From Rubripirellula sp. (GTDB lineage Bacteria; Planctomycetota; Planctomycetia; Pirellulales; Pirellulaceae), in assembly GCA_965216875.1 (NCBI GenBank), contig OZ244207.1:6304001-6368000 (forward strand): DNA of 64,000 bases. Reading direction: 5' to 3'. Position numbers and translations under genes: made by a program. Below the pieces are notes generated by a model, which saw nothing but the letters and a program-made list of their open reading frames with translations, was not told where the DNA came from and ran no database searches. Of this stretch, positions 9,204 to 18,950 are shown piece by piece (the stretch's first letter is position 1; the number at the start of each line of letters is the position of its first letter).

Positions 9204-9803
9204 TTGTTTGTGGTGGTCCGCCCAAGTTTAGATGAACGGCTATCAAAGTTGAATTCAAACGACCCGAATTGCGAATGGACGCTGACCGCATATCACGAAG
9301 CAGGCCACGCTGTTGTTGGCTACGGCCTCGGTGGGTCGGTGCAATCGATTCAACTAGGTGGTGAGGCCGACGATGATTTACCAGAGAGATTTGGCGATTG
9401 CCGTGTCGCTTGGGGGCAACCTGGGGAGATCCCAGACCTCTGGCAGCGTGAACTGATGACCGTCTTGGCCGGCCCAGTGGCCGAAATGATCTACACTGGG
9501 GAGCCGTATCATCCCGCACTCTACGGGCCCTGGCAAGGTGATTGGCAAACCGCCTGGGAAATGTGTTCGCTGCGTGTCAAGCTCGCTCGGCAAGCCAAGG
9601 GCGAGCCGAGGGACACGGTGGCCTCGCTCGTGGACCAAGCCAAAATGCGAGTGCTCGAATCGATTCTGCTTCAGTTACGAGAGCACATGCAGAAAGAGCC
9701 GATTTGGCCCGCGGTCGGAGCCGTGGCCGACGAACTGCTTGCCCACGAATACCTCGAGCAAGAAGAACTCCACGACACACTCGATTTCTGGTTCTCGCGG
9801 TAG
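9204..9803 (+). CDS. Stand-alone M41/FtsH-protease-domain-like HExxH metallopeptidase (start uncertain)
   Basis: TAYHEAGHAVV, LAGPVAE, GDWQTA and AVADELL echo the FtsH protease domain; no AAA+ domain. Confidence 0.75.
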   Translation: MFVVVRPSLDERLSKLNSNDPNCEWTLTAYHEAGHAVVGYGLGGSVQSIQLGGEADDDLPERFGDCRVAWGQPGEIPDLWQRELMTVLAGPVAEMIYTGEPYHPALYGPWQGDWQTAWEMCSLRVKLARQAKGEPRDTVASLVDQAKMRVLESILLQLREHMQKEPIWPAVGAVADELLAHEYLEQEELHDTLDFWFSR

Positions 9804-10012
9804 CCAGCTTCAAGCGCGCTCTCGCAACGAACGATCGCGCGCTGGGTCACGACTCGCTGCAACGAAAGTTGGTCGTGATCGTTTTCGAAGGGGCAAGAAA
9901 TGTGGGATTGGATGCGGCCAGCTTTGTCGCTTCTGGCGCCACTGAAAGTAGACTGCAACCGGATTGAAAACCTCGGTCGTCGCGAGTGCTCTTGTTGGGA
10001 CGATGAGACGGG

Positions 10013-10057
10013 CGACAAGACGGAAGGATCGACAAGACGGTCGGATCGACGAGACGG
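10013..10057. repeat. 17-bp-period triple direct repeat
   Basis: cgacaagacgg at 10013 and 10030, cgacgagacgg at 10047. Confidence 0.7.
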
Positions 10058-10269
10058 GCGGGACGGCATGAGTCGGGCGCCACTGCACCTTCACCAGACA
10101 GGGTTTTGGCGGGGGGTGCCAAATCGGTCAGGTGTTGTTTCAGCGAGCCTATGTGGTGTAGGACACGCGCAATTTGTGCGTTTATAGACAGACTGACTGA
10201 TAGAAACGTTTTTTCTGGAACCTTTGTTCGTTTTCGTCGTCAACGTCGCTGTGCACGGTGTCGGCGGCG

Positions 10270-10297
10270 TTGACAAGTTGCAGCGTCTAGGTAGTTT
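10270..10297 (+). promoter_or_regulatory. Sigma70-like promoter for the lipoprotein/DUF1559 unit
   Basis: TTGACA-16 nt-TAGTTT. Confidence 0.5.
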
Positions 10298-10457
10298 GTC
10301 ACGCTCGCAGTTGTCACTTATCTGGTCTGCCGACGCGGACTCCCGCCTTAGGTGAGTCGACCACACACCGCCTGTGAGCGATCTCTTTCGTGCGATCGCG
10401 TACACACTTTTGTGTATTGGATTGGCGGGCTTTTTCGAATCTGTCGGAGTCACGTGA

Positions 10458-10649
10458 ATGAAGGATTTTGCCTTGCGGTACCGCTATTTCCCCGTCCTGG
10501 CGCTTTGTCTTGTCAGCTCGCTCGCCCTCGTTGGTTGCGGAAGCGGCGAAGCCGAGGTCATTCAAACCGAAGAGGTCTTTCAAGAAGACCCAGCGGTTGA
10601 ACAGGCGAAGGAAAAGGCCAAGCAAGAGTCGATGAAAGAGCCTCTTTAG
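10458..10649 (+). CDS. Small lipoprotein
   Basis: Signal peptide with lipobox LVGC followed by GSGE; 63 aa, directly upstream of the DUF1559 gene. Confidence 0.75.
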   Translation: MKDFALRYRYFPVLALCLVSSLALVGCGSGEAEVIQTEEVFQEDPAVEQAKEKAKQESMKEPL

Positions 10650-10717
10650 GCCACGACCTCTACCTATCTCCCCCCTCCAACTTCAACTCTATTTCGTTTC
10701 AGTAACAGGAAGCATTA

Positions 10718-11977
10718 ATGCAATTGTCCAAAAACACCTCTTCACGCCGTGCAGGTTTCACATTGGTTGAACTGCTCGTCGTGATTGCGATCATTGGTGT
10801 CTTGGTTGGTTTGCTCTTGCCGGCAGTTCAAGCTGCTCGCGAGGCGGCCCGCCGCATGAGCTGCAGCAACAATTTCCGTCAAATCGGAATTGGAATCCAC
10901 AACTACCACTCGACCTACAAGAACACACCGATGCATCTCGGCGGTACCAATTCACCTGGTATCGAAGGCGGTGCCGAGGGTGGTACCGATTCGTGCTCGA
11001 CCTATTCGAACCGTTTGCGACTTAGTGCTCTGGTCGGTTTGATGCCCTTCATCGAACAGCAAGCTCTTTGGGAAGAAATTTCGAATCCCAGTACGTTTGA
11101 TTTGTCCAATCCAAACACTCCACTGTCGCCGCCGTGGCCTGCGATGGGACCAACGCCATCGGATGAGGACAACGTCTTCGCACAAGGTGGTCACCCAACC
11201 CGCAACACCGCTTACCGCCCTTGGATGACTCAGGTCCCAACCCTGCGCTGCCCAAGTGATCCTGGCTCCGGCCCACCTTCGATGGGTCGCACCAACTATG
11301 CGGTTTCGATCGGTGACGGGATTCGTTTGCAGCAACTTGGCCCTTACGAGAACTCGATCAGCCAAAGGACTTCAGGCAACACCCAGCAATGGCGTGCTGC
11401 TGACCGCGGTTTCTTTTCGGCACGCACCTTCCGTAAGTTCCGCGACTGCTTGGACGGAATGGCTAACACCATTGCGATGGCAGAAATCGCCACCGACCTT
11501 GGCGACCGTGACATCCGAACTCAAGGGATGCAGGGGGGTAACGATGTTCGCACCAACCCAACCATTTGCCGCGTCAACATCGACCCCGAACGCCCACAGT
11601 TTTGGGATCCATCGGTTGGCGCCGCTGATTTGTTCGCGATCAATCAAGGCCGCGGATACCGATGGGCCAGTGGTGAAGGACCTGACACTGTGGTTTCGAC
11701 GATCCTGCCACCAAATAAAGAAGTTTGCGTTCGCAGCGTGACTCGTTACATCATCGCATCGGGTGCATTGCCACCAAGTAGCCGTCACCAAGGTGGCGTA
11801 CACATCCTGATGGGTGATGGTGCTGTGGTCTTCATTTCCGATTCGATCGAAGCTGGCGACTCGACCGCTCCTGCGATCGAAGGCAACCTTGCTGGTCGTC
11901 AAAGCCCCTACGGACTGTGGGGTGCATTGGGCACTCGAGCAAGCAAAGAAGTGATCGAAGAAGAATTGAATCAGTAA
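10718..11977 (+). CDS. DUF1559 family prepilin-type N-terminal cleavage/methylation protein
   Basis: [57 protein letters not shown]. Confidence 0.95.
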   Translation: MQLSKNTSSRRAGFTLVELLVVIAIIGVLVGLLLPAVQAAREAARRMSCSNNFRQIGIGIHNYHSTYKNTPMHLGGTNSPGIEGGAEGGTDSCSTYSNRLRLSALVGLMPFIEQQALWEEISNPSTFDLSNPNTPLSPPWPAMGPTPSDEDNVFAQGGHPTRNTAYRPWMTQVPTLRCPSDPGSGPPSMGRTNYAVSIGDGIRLQQLGPYENSISQRTSGNTQQWRAADRGFFSARTFRKFRDCLDGMANTIAMAEIATDLGDRDIRTQGMQGGNDVRTNPTICRVNIDPERPQFWDPSVGAADLFAINQGRGYRWASGEGPDTVVSTILPPNKEVCVRSVTRYIIASGALPPSSRHQGGVHILMGDGAVVFISDSIEAGDSTAPAIEGNLAGRQSPYGLWGALGTRASKEVIEEELNQ

Positions 11978-12000
11978 CGCTCGTTACGATTTCAAAAACA

Positions 12001-12039
12001 AAAACCTGGTGCGAGAGAAAACTCGCGCCAGGTTTTTTT
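12001..12039. terminator. Bidirectional intrinsic terminator
   Basis: aaaacctggtgcgag-agaaaa-ctcgcgccaggttttttt with A and T tracts on both sides, between convergent genes. Confidence 0.85.
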
Positions 12040-12055
12040 ATGCGCTTGTCCGGAA

Positions 12056-13282
12056 CTACAGTTGCTTGGCTTGTTTCAGCGCCGCTTGGTCGATTGAAAA
12101 TCCGAGCCCTGCGCGGCGAGGCACTTGGATCGTGCCATCGGTCACTTTGCCGTAGGAGCGGTATTCCTGAAATGGTCCAAGGTTGTCCAGCACGCTGCAG
12201 AGGTGCAAGTTGGCGGCGGCATCGGGAAGGACTTTGGGGCTGTGTGGTGTGATCGGCAAACCAGCTGCGTTCGCCATCTTGGAAACTCGCAGCGTTCGCA
12301 CGAATCCTCCGTTGTAGAAAATGTCGGGCTGCAAAATGTCAACGGATCGGTTTTTCGCCATCTGGGCCCACAACCAGAGGTTGCTGTCCTGTTCGCCGCC
12401 AGCAACGTTGATGTTTCGATCGCGAAGACCTTCAGTAACGGATGCCGTGCCTTGAGTATCTTGCCAAGGCACAGGTTCTTCGAAGAAGGCAACACCGTGA
12501 TCATCCAAGAAGCGACCCATCTCGATGGCTTCAGAAACCGTGTAGGAGCTGTTGGCATCCGCATAGATGGTCACTTTGTCGCCAAACGTTTTTCGGGCCA
12601 ACGCAATCATCTTGCGGTCGCGTTTGTTCTGCTCGGCTGAATTACCCATCCGTTTGCCGATCTTGAACTTCGTCGCCTTCGCCCCGGTCTTTTCAAGGTC
12701 TTTGGCCGCGTTTGCAACTTCAGCTTCGGCACTCGTGTTTCGTCCAAATTGTGAAATGTAAACCGGGATGTCGGTCCGCAACGGTTTACCAATCACGTGA
12801 CTGACGGGGACGTCCTTGAGCCGAGCAAGCATGTCAAAGATGGCGATTTCGACGTGCCCAACGACATTCCAAAACGGCATTCCCGCAAATTTATAGACGC
12901 TGCCTCGATCGTCGCGCTCGGTGTACACGCCGTCGACTAGCGATTCGATGTCGCGAGCGTCTTTGCCAACGAAGAATGGGTTCACCAGTCGTTTTGCCAG
13001 TTCGACCGTCACTTCCAAACGGCTGTTGCCAGGGCAATAACCAACCGCGCCTTGTTCGCTCGTCACACGAAACCAAATCGATCGTCCGACCCGGAGTTGG
13101 TCAACCGACGCGATAAGGATTGGCGAATCAAACCGGCGGTGCAATTCGAGCATTGGGCTGGCGCCCGGGACGTCGATGGCAATGGATTGCCCTGCCATCA
13201 TCGCCATCGCGCCGAACAAACTGGTTTTGAGAATGTGCCGACGGTTCACTTGAGAGCGAGATTGTGAGTGGTTGATCTTCAT
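12056..13282 (-). CDS. Tat-exported mandelate racemase/enolase superfamily enzyme
   Basis: RRHILK Tat signal; KFKIG, YADAN, FEEP, GGEQ and LQPD metal-ligand motifs. Confidence 0.9.
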   Translation of the reverse strand: MKINHSQSRSQVNRRHILKTSLFGAMAMMAGQSIAIDVPGASPMLELHRRFDSPILIASVDQLRVGRSIWFRVTSEQGAVGYCPGNSRLEVTVELAKRLVNPFFVGKDARDIESLVDGVYTERDDRGSVYKFAGMPFWNVVGHVEIAIFDMLARLKDVPVSHVIGKPLRTDIPVYISQFGRNTSAEAEVANAAKDLEKTGAKATKFKIGKRMGNSAEQNKRDRKMIALARKTFGDKVTIYADANSSYTVSEAIEMGRFLDDHGVAFFEEPVPWQDTQGTASVTEGLRDRNINVAGGEQDSNLWLWAQMAKNRSVDILQPDIFYNGGFVRTLRVSKMANAAGLPITPHSPKVLPDAAANLHLCSVLDNLGPFQEYRSYGKVTDGTIQVPRRAGLGFSIDQAALKQAKQL

Positions 13283-14202
13283 GACAAGGCACTCCGCAGA
13301 TTGGCGTGGCTCGCACGATGTGCATCGACTGCGGAGAGTTTTTTGGGCGACTGCGCTTCGACAGCCTGTTCGAGTACGAGATGAGGCCGGATGTTTCGTT
13401 TGTCAAGAAACTCGAAGATGCGTTCGTAATTGATGTCGCCCTCTGGCGCAAACGTCTCCGTCCAGATGCCTTCGGCCGACTGGCGCAAATGAAGCTCGAC
13501 GATGCGTTGGTGGTAATGCGTGATCGCGTCAAACACAGCGAGTTCGGAGTTGCCGCAACCGCGATAGATCCAATGTGAGTCGAGACAGAATCGAACGTTG
13601 TCTGGATCGGTCGCCGTCAACATGTGGTGAAATTCGCGAGCCCCCTCGCGTAGCTCGGCGTCATGGTTGTGATAGGCAAGAGCCATGCCAAGTTTTCGCA
13701 ATTCGGCTCCTAGAGCATCGAGGGCTTTGGCTTGCAATCGCAATTGGGCATCGGACTTGTTTTCAGGTCCGCCCCACCGAATCGGCGATGGGTTGGTGAC
13801 AACGATCTCGGTTCCAAGCTTTTTGGCTTCGGTTGCAATTTCGATCACCGCGGCTGTGCTGCCGTCGATCTTGGCTGCGTCATGCAGTTCGCTGTTGACG
13901 TAGATTGACCGCATGGAAAGACCGTGTTCACTAAGCCGATCACCGAGCCCGACCAGTTCGCTCTTGTTGCCGATGATTGGTTCGTATCCGGTAATGCCGG
14001 TGTCGGCGATATCAGTGAGCAGCGCATCGGAATGCGCTTTGAATTCGCGACCATCACGACGATCGAACGTGAGCCACGGATAGGTGTTGGTTGCAATGAC
14101 GCGCTGTTGATCGTTGGGAGCAGCGCTGAGCCAATTTGAGAAGACCGGCAGTGCAAGCGTGGCGGCAGTGCCAGCAAGCAGCTGGCGTCGGGTGTGAGGC
14201 AT
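13279..14202 (-). CDS. Tat-exported IolE-like sugar phosphate isomerase/epimerase
   Basis: MPHTRRQLL Tat signal; LAYHNH, CLDSHW, ELHLRQ, VLEQ; stop overlaps the next start. Confidence 0.87.
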   Translation of the reverse strand: MPHTRRQLLAGTAATLALPVFSNWLSAAPNDQQRVIATNTYPWLTFDRRDGREFKAHSDALLTDIADTGITGYEPIIGNKSELVGLGDRLSEHGLSMRSIYVNSELHDAAKIDGSTAAVIEIATEAKKLGTEIVVTNPSPIRWGGPENKSDAQLRLQAKALDALGAELRKLGMALAYHNHDAELREGAREFHHMLTATDPDNVRFCLDSHWIYRGCGNSELAVFDAITHYHQRIVELHLRQSAEGIWTETFAPEGDINYERIFEFLDKRNIRPHLVLEQAVEAQSPKKLSAVDAHRASHANLRSALS

Positions 14203-14345
14203 CGGAAAGCTTGGGGGGAAGGATCGACGGGGAGAAACAGTGAGTTTTCGTGAACCGCGGTCGCGTCGGGCTCTTATTCGTGATGGCTGGGTCCCTATTC
14301 GCGAGGGCCAGAACATGGTGGTGGTGAGTAGCCTATCAACCTATC

Positions 14346-14370
14346 CCACCTGCTGGCGATGATAGCTACG
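14346..14370. repeat. Degenerate solo REP family B copy
   Basis: ccacctgctggcgatgatagctacg resembles ccacgctctggcgagcgtagctacg at 54010. Confidence 0.55.
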
Positions 14371-14553
14371 GCAAGGCTCTTGCTGTGAAGTTTTTGGTCG
14401 TGATGCAGTTTTTGAGATCGAGCGGAGCGTTGCGTAAGATAGGGCTGTTCTTTCGACAGATTCGTTTGCCCATCCGCCTCGAGTGGTACAGCAAACGAGC
14501 GAAAGCAACCCTCGCATCCCGCCTGACTGTCCTCCCCTTCTGATTGCTGTGCC

Positions 14554-16146
14554 GTGAGTCGACTTCTTGGTCTGTTATTTGTCTTCGCATTCGTTGGTTC
14601 GCTCGGTGCCCAAAGCCCCAGGCAGCCCAACATCCTTTTGATCATGGCCGATGACCTTGGTTACTCCGATCTTGGCTGTTACGGCAGCGAGATCCAGACG
14701 CCAAATCTTGATGCACTCGCGGCGGGCGGCGTTCGCTTCACCCAGTTCTATAACACTGGCCGATGCTGGCCAACGAGAGCGGCGTTGTTGACGGGTTATT
14801 ACCCGCAAAGCGTCAGGCGTGACACGGTCGACGGTGCACGCAGTGGAGGTCGTGGAAAACGGCCGTCTTGGGCGCCACTGATTTGCAAGCCGCTTCGCCA
14901 GGCGGGATATCGCAACTACCACACGGGCAAATGGCACTTGGATTCGATGCCCATCGCGAGCGGGTTTGACCGCTCGTATTATCTGAAAGACCAACATCGT
15001 TTCTTCAATCCAACGTTGCATTGGAAAGACGACAAGAAGCTTCCTCCGGTTCCAAAGGGTACGGACTTTTACGCAACAACCGCACTCGGCGATCACGTCA
15101 TCGAAACGTTGTCAGAGCATCAAGACAAATATTCGGAGCAGCCGTTTTTTCATTACCTTGCGTTTGCTGCGCCCCATTTTCCGTTGCACGCGCTGCCCGA
15201 AGACATCAATCGGTACCGCCAAATGTATCGGGTCGGCTGGGACGAGATTCGCAAACAACGACATTCGCGCATGCAAGATTTGGGATTGGTCTCGGCGCCA
15301 TTGTCGGATGTGATGACCACCGTTGGACCTCCGTACGACTTTCCCGACGCGATGAAACAACTTGGTGATGGCGAAGTGAATCGGCCAGTCGCCTGGAGCG
15401 AGCTGACGGACAAGCAGAAAGAGTTTCAGTCGACCAAGATGGCGATTCACGCTGCGATGATCGACTGCATGGACCGCCAGATTGGTCGAATCATCGAAAA
15501 GCTCAAAGAGTTGGAAGTGTTCGACAATACGGTCGTTCTTTTTCTGTCCGACAATGGCGCAAGCGCCGAGATCATGGTTCGCGGCGACGGCCATGACCCA
15601 GAAGCACCGATGGGATCGTGGGCGAGCCATCTTTGCCTCGGACCAGGTTGGTCGACGGTTTGCAACACACCCTTTCGATACCACAAGACTTGGACGCACG
15701 AGGGCGGCACTGCGACGCCTTTGATCGTCCATTGGCCGAAGCAGATCGCTGCAGCTGGCCAGCGACGGCATGACGTTGGCCACGTGATCGACATCTGGCC
15801 TACTCTTTTGGAGGTCGCCAAAGCGAATCGACTGGACGAAACCGAGCTTGGTAGCGAGGGGCCAGACCGTCCAGGTAAGAGTTTGGTCGATACATTCACA
15901 AAAGACCGCGTTGTGCCACGAACGATTTGGTTCCAACACGAAGGCAACCGGGCGCTGCGCGTTGGCGACTGGAAGGTAAGCGCCGTGAACAACGGCGATT
16001 GGGAACTCTATCGTCTTTCCGTAGATCGCAGTGAAACGACCGACCTGTCAAAGAGCGACCCTGATCGTCTGTCCGAGATGACGCGCCAGTGGCAAAGGAT
16101 TGCCGATGAGAATCGACGCCGCGCGACCGAGCTTTGGCGCGAGTAA
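14554..16146 (+). CDS. Arylsulfatase (S1 formylglycine-dependent sulfatase)
   Basis: PNILLIMADDLG, CWPTRAALLTG (CxPxR), GKWHL, SDNG; signal peptide. Confidence 0.95.
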   Translation: MSRLLGLLFVFAFVGSLGAQSPRQPNILLIMADDLGYSDLGCYGSEIQTPNLDALAAGGVRFTQFYNTGRCWPTRAALLTGYYPQSVRRDTVDGARSGGRGKRPSWAPLICKPLRQAGYRNYHTGKWHLDSMPIASGFDRSYYLKDQHRFFNPTLHWKDDKKLPPVPKGTDFYATTALGDHVIETLSEHQDKYSEQPFFHYLAFAAPHFPLHALPEDINRYRQMYRVGWDEIRKQRHSRMQDLGLVSAPLSDVMTTVGPPYDFPDAMKQLGDGEVNRPVAWSELTDKQKEFQSTKMAIHAAMIDCMDRQIGRIIEKLKELEVFDNTVVLFLSDNGASAEIMVRGDGHDPEAPMGSWASHLCLGPGWSTVCNTPFRYHKTWTHEGGTATPLIVHWPKQIAAAGQRRHDVGHVIDIWPTLLEVAKANRLDETELGSEGPDRPGKSLVDTFTKDRVVPRTIWFQHEGNRALRVGDWKVSAVNNGDWELYRLSVDRSETTDLSKSDPDRLSEMTRQWQRIADENRRRATELWRE

Positions 16147-16158
16147 GAACTGCGGTCG

Positions 16159-18600
16159 CTACGATTTGGCGTCGGCGTTGCTGGACAACAACGTGTTCTG
16201 TGTGGTTCGACACAGGTTCAACAGCTGTTGCGTGTTCTTAAGCAGATTGAACCACTGCATGTTTTCTTCTGCCGCTTCGGTTTCGATCCGATCCGCCGCT
16301 TCGGCGATCGATTCGATATCGTGGCGACGAGCGAGTGCACCGAGACGAGCAGCCAAGGTTTGAAGGCCGTCGACATCACGCGCGTCCAATGCATCGGCAA
16401 GCCGTTCGATCTGCAAGCCGAGTTGCATCGCTGTCTGCTGAGGCACCGATTCTTCACGCAATCGATGACGGTCGTGTTCGTCAATCGTTTTTGCGAAGTG
16501 CTCGACAAGGGTTGGGTCAAATTGTGATCCTGCACAGCGACGAAGCTCGGCGACGGCATCATCGTGGCTGCGGCCTTCGCGATAGATTCGGTCGCTGACC
16601 ATTGCATCGTAACTGTCAGCGATCGCGAGCAATCGTGCTGGCAGTGGGATCTCGCTGCCAGCCGGCAGGTGAGGTTCGGTGGGACGCGCGCAGAAGTAAG
16701 CGTGGTGTGTGCGAATGATCTCGGTCAGCTCGGCACAGTTGAATGTTCCTGCAACGATTTCGACACCAATGCGATCAAACGATTGCATTTGTTTCCATTC
16801 ATCGGGCGTCAAAGTGCCCGGTTTCAAGAGCACATCATCTGGAATGCCAATCTTCCCGATGTCGTGCAGCAATGCCGCGATCTCAAGAAGGTAGGTGGTG
16901 CGTTTGTCGAGCAGCCCGGATGCGAGTTGCACACAAAGATCGGCGACGCGGCGCGAGTGTTCGGCTGTTTCGGAATCACGATAGGCCAACGCGCTCACCA
17001 AGGCAGTGACCGCCTGGAACGGCAAGTTGGTGACGTCAGACGTTTCGGGTCGGCCCTGTTCGGCGCCATCTTCGATGTCCATCGCGGCGACTTGTTCGCT
17101 AAAGGCGATCACACGATTTCGGCCTTGGCGTTTAGCAATGTACAAACACTTGTCGGCTTGCTGGATCAGTGCCTGAGGGTCGACCGCTTCATACGTCGAG
17201 GTCGATACGCCAATGCTGACCGTTAGCTTCAGGTCCTCGGGGTCATCGAGTCGCGCTTCTTCAATGGCCTGTCTTGCTTTTTCAGCGAGCTTGCATGCTT
17301 TGTCGGTATCTGCGTCAGGAATAATGACACAGAATTCTTCGCCACCATAACGGCAGACGAGCGCAGGAGCCGCAAAGGTCTCTTGAATCAATCGAGCAAC
17401 GATTCGAAGCACGTCGTCGCCGACTTGATGTCCGTAGGTATCGTTGACCTGCTTGAAGTGATCGTTGTCGATCATCAAGCAGGCGATCGGCAGATAGCTG
17501 ACTTCTTTCCAAAGTGTTTCGAAACGTTCAAAGAGGGCACGCCGATTCAAGCAGCCGGTCAACGCATCTTGTGTTGCGAGGATCTCGAGTTCGCGATTCT
17601 TGCTGCTAATCTCATCGCGGCTGTTTCTCAGCATCGCGAGCATTCGCTCAAGTTCCGCACGATGCTGTTCGCCCTCGGTCACATCACGGAAGGTGGCCAG
17701 TGCACCGCGTCGTGGTGAATCGGGGGTCGAAATGGGCGAGGCGTTGATGGAAAAGAATCGGTATTCACCGGTCGGCAATTGGTACCGCATCAGTTGTTCG
17801 ATTTGCTGAGTCCCTTCGTTGATCGCTCGGGTCCACGGGAAGTCGTTCGCCGCATGTGTGCTGCAGATCCATGGCAACTCGCTCGCTCGCCGGCCCAGTA
17901 ATTTGTACGGGTTCACGCCGACGGTGTCGCAAAAGGATCGGTTCGCCAAAATAATCCGCTCGCGTTCGTCGATGATGAGCAGACCTTCGGAGAGTGTGTC
18001 GAGTGCTTGGCGAATTCGGTCGGGTGCCGCTTCGCACACGTGTGTCGACCCAATCCAACCGATGGTTTGCAGGATCCAAACGAAGGCCACAACCAGTAGC
18101 ACGAGGCCGAGAGATGCGTACTTGGATGCAAAGCCACGAAGCGTCGTCGCTCCTTGCGAACTGTCAAGATAAAACTCGGCTTGACCGTATGACTTTCCGT
18201 TAAGCCTGAGGGCGACGGCGTGTGTCAGCGAGGCAGCCGACGACTTGAGATTCGCCGACGGGCGGTCTGCAACGGGATGGTCGGTCGTTGGCCTGCTGGA
18301 TCCGACCAGCCACTGTCGCTGGGGGTAGGACTCTGCTTGCAGCGAGATTCGGATGCCCGAGATCTTTGCTTCGCGTTGGAGAGATCGACGCAGAATCACG
18401 TCCACCGTTTCGAGTTCACCGTCGCGAATTCGATTGGTCACGCGCAATGCAATCTCGTTACAGCGTTCGATGGTGTTGTTGGCGATTGGAGACGCATTGG
18501 CCGGCAAAAAGCCGAGCCACCGTGCGCCTACAAAAAGGCCAGCAACCGCACAGACAAACACTGCAAAGCGGCGTAGCGATTCGAATCGAGGCTTGAACAA
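16159..18600 (-). CDS. Membrane sensor-PAS-GGDEF-HD(-GYP-like) diguanylate cyclase
   Basis: Two TMs, PAS, DALTGCLNRR..DHFKQVNDTYGH..GGEEF, then HSRRVA..LHDIGK..ADSYDAM. Confidence 0.92.
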   Translation of the reverse strand: MFKPRFESLRRFAVFVCAVAGLFVGARWLGFLPANASPIANNTIERCNEIALRVTNRIRDGELETVDVILRRSLQREAKISGIRISLQAESYPQRQWLVGSSRPTTDHPVADRPSANLKSSAASLTHAVALRLNGKSYGQAEFYLDSSQGATTLRGFASKYASLGLVLLVVAFVWILQTIGWIGSTHVCEAAPDRIRQALDTLSEGLLIIDERERIILANRSFCDTVGVNPYKLLGRRASELPWICSTHAANDFPWTRAINEGTQQIEQLMRYQLPTGEYRFFSINASPISTPDSPRRGALATFRDVTEGEQHRAELERMLAMLRNSRDEISSKNRELEILATQDALTGCLNRRALFERFETLWKEVSYLPIACLMIDNDHFKQVNDTYGHQVGDDVLRIVARLIQETFAAPALVCRYGGEEFCVIIPDADTDKACKLAEKARQAIEEARLDDPEDLKLTVSIGVSTSTYEAVDPQALIQQADKCLYIAKRQGRNRVIAFSEQVAAMDIEDGAEQGRPETSDVTNLPFQAVTALVSALAYRDSETAEHSRRVADLCVQLASGLLDKRTTYLLEIAALLHDIGKIGIPDDVLLKPGTLTPDEWKQMQSFDRIGVEIVAGTFNCAELTEIIRTHHAYFCARPTEPHLPAGSEIPLPARLLAIADSYDAMVSDRIYREGRSHDDAVAELRRCAGSQFDPTLVEHFAKTIDEHDRHRLREESVPQQTAMQLGLQIERLADALDARDVDGLQTLAARLGALARRHDIESIAEAADRIETEAAEENMQWFNLLKNTQQLLNLCRTTQNTLLSSNADAKS

Positions 18601-18950
18601 GGTAGGAGCTCAATGATTCAAGTGAACGTAAGTCATTTACGCTCTGATGAGTCACCAAAGAGGTGCATAGAAATTCTGTAGCACGCGCGGGGGGACATGC
18701 TGTTGCGAATCGGTCTCATGTGCAATCGATTTGACGATCGTCGTTGATTTGGGGTGTTGTGACGGTTGTTGCGGTTGTTGTGATTGTGAGTTTGTCATGT
18801 TCCGCAAAACAATTCGGCCGTTTCACTTGCAAAACACGTTGGCGTCGAATTGGTGACCTACCTTTTCAATGGTGCTGCGCGCACGTTGCGCGAACATCTC
18901 CGTTTCCGACGACCATTGACCAAGACGCACATTCTGAAAGGGGGGCAGAC

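Noticed and set aside
9671..10453. Short overlapping ORFs in the gap before the lipoprotein gene
   Set aside because: Low-complexity translations in conflicting frames, with no RBS or motif.
18744..18950. N-terminal hydrophobic extension of the response regulator
   Set aside because: The Val-rich stretch arises from the GTTGT repeat; a purine-rich RBS precedes GTG 18951 at the receiver boundary.
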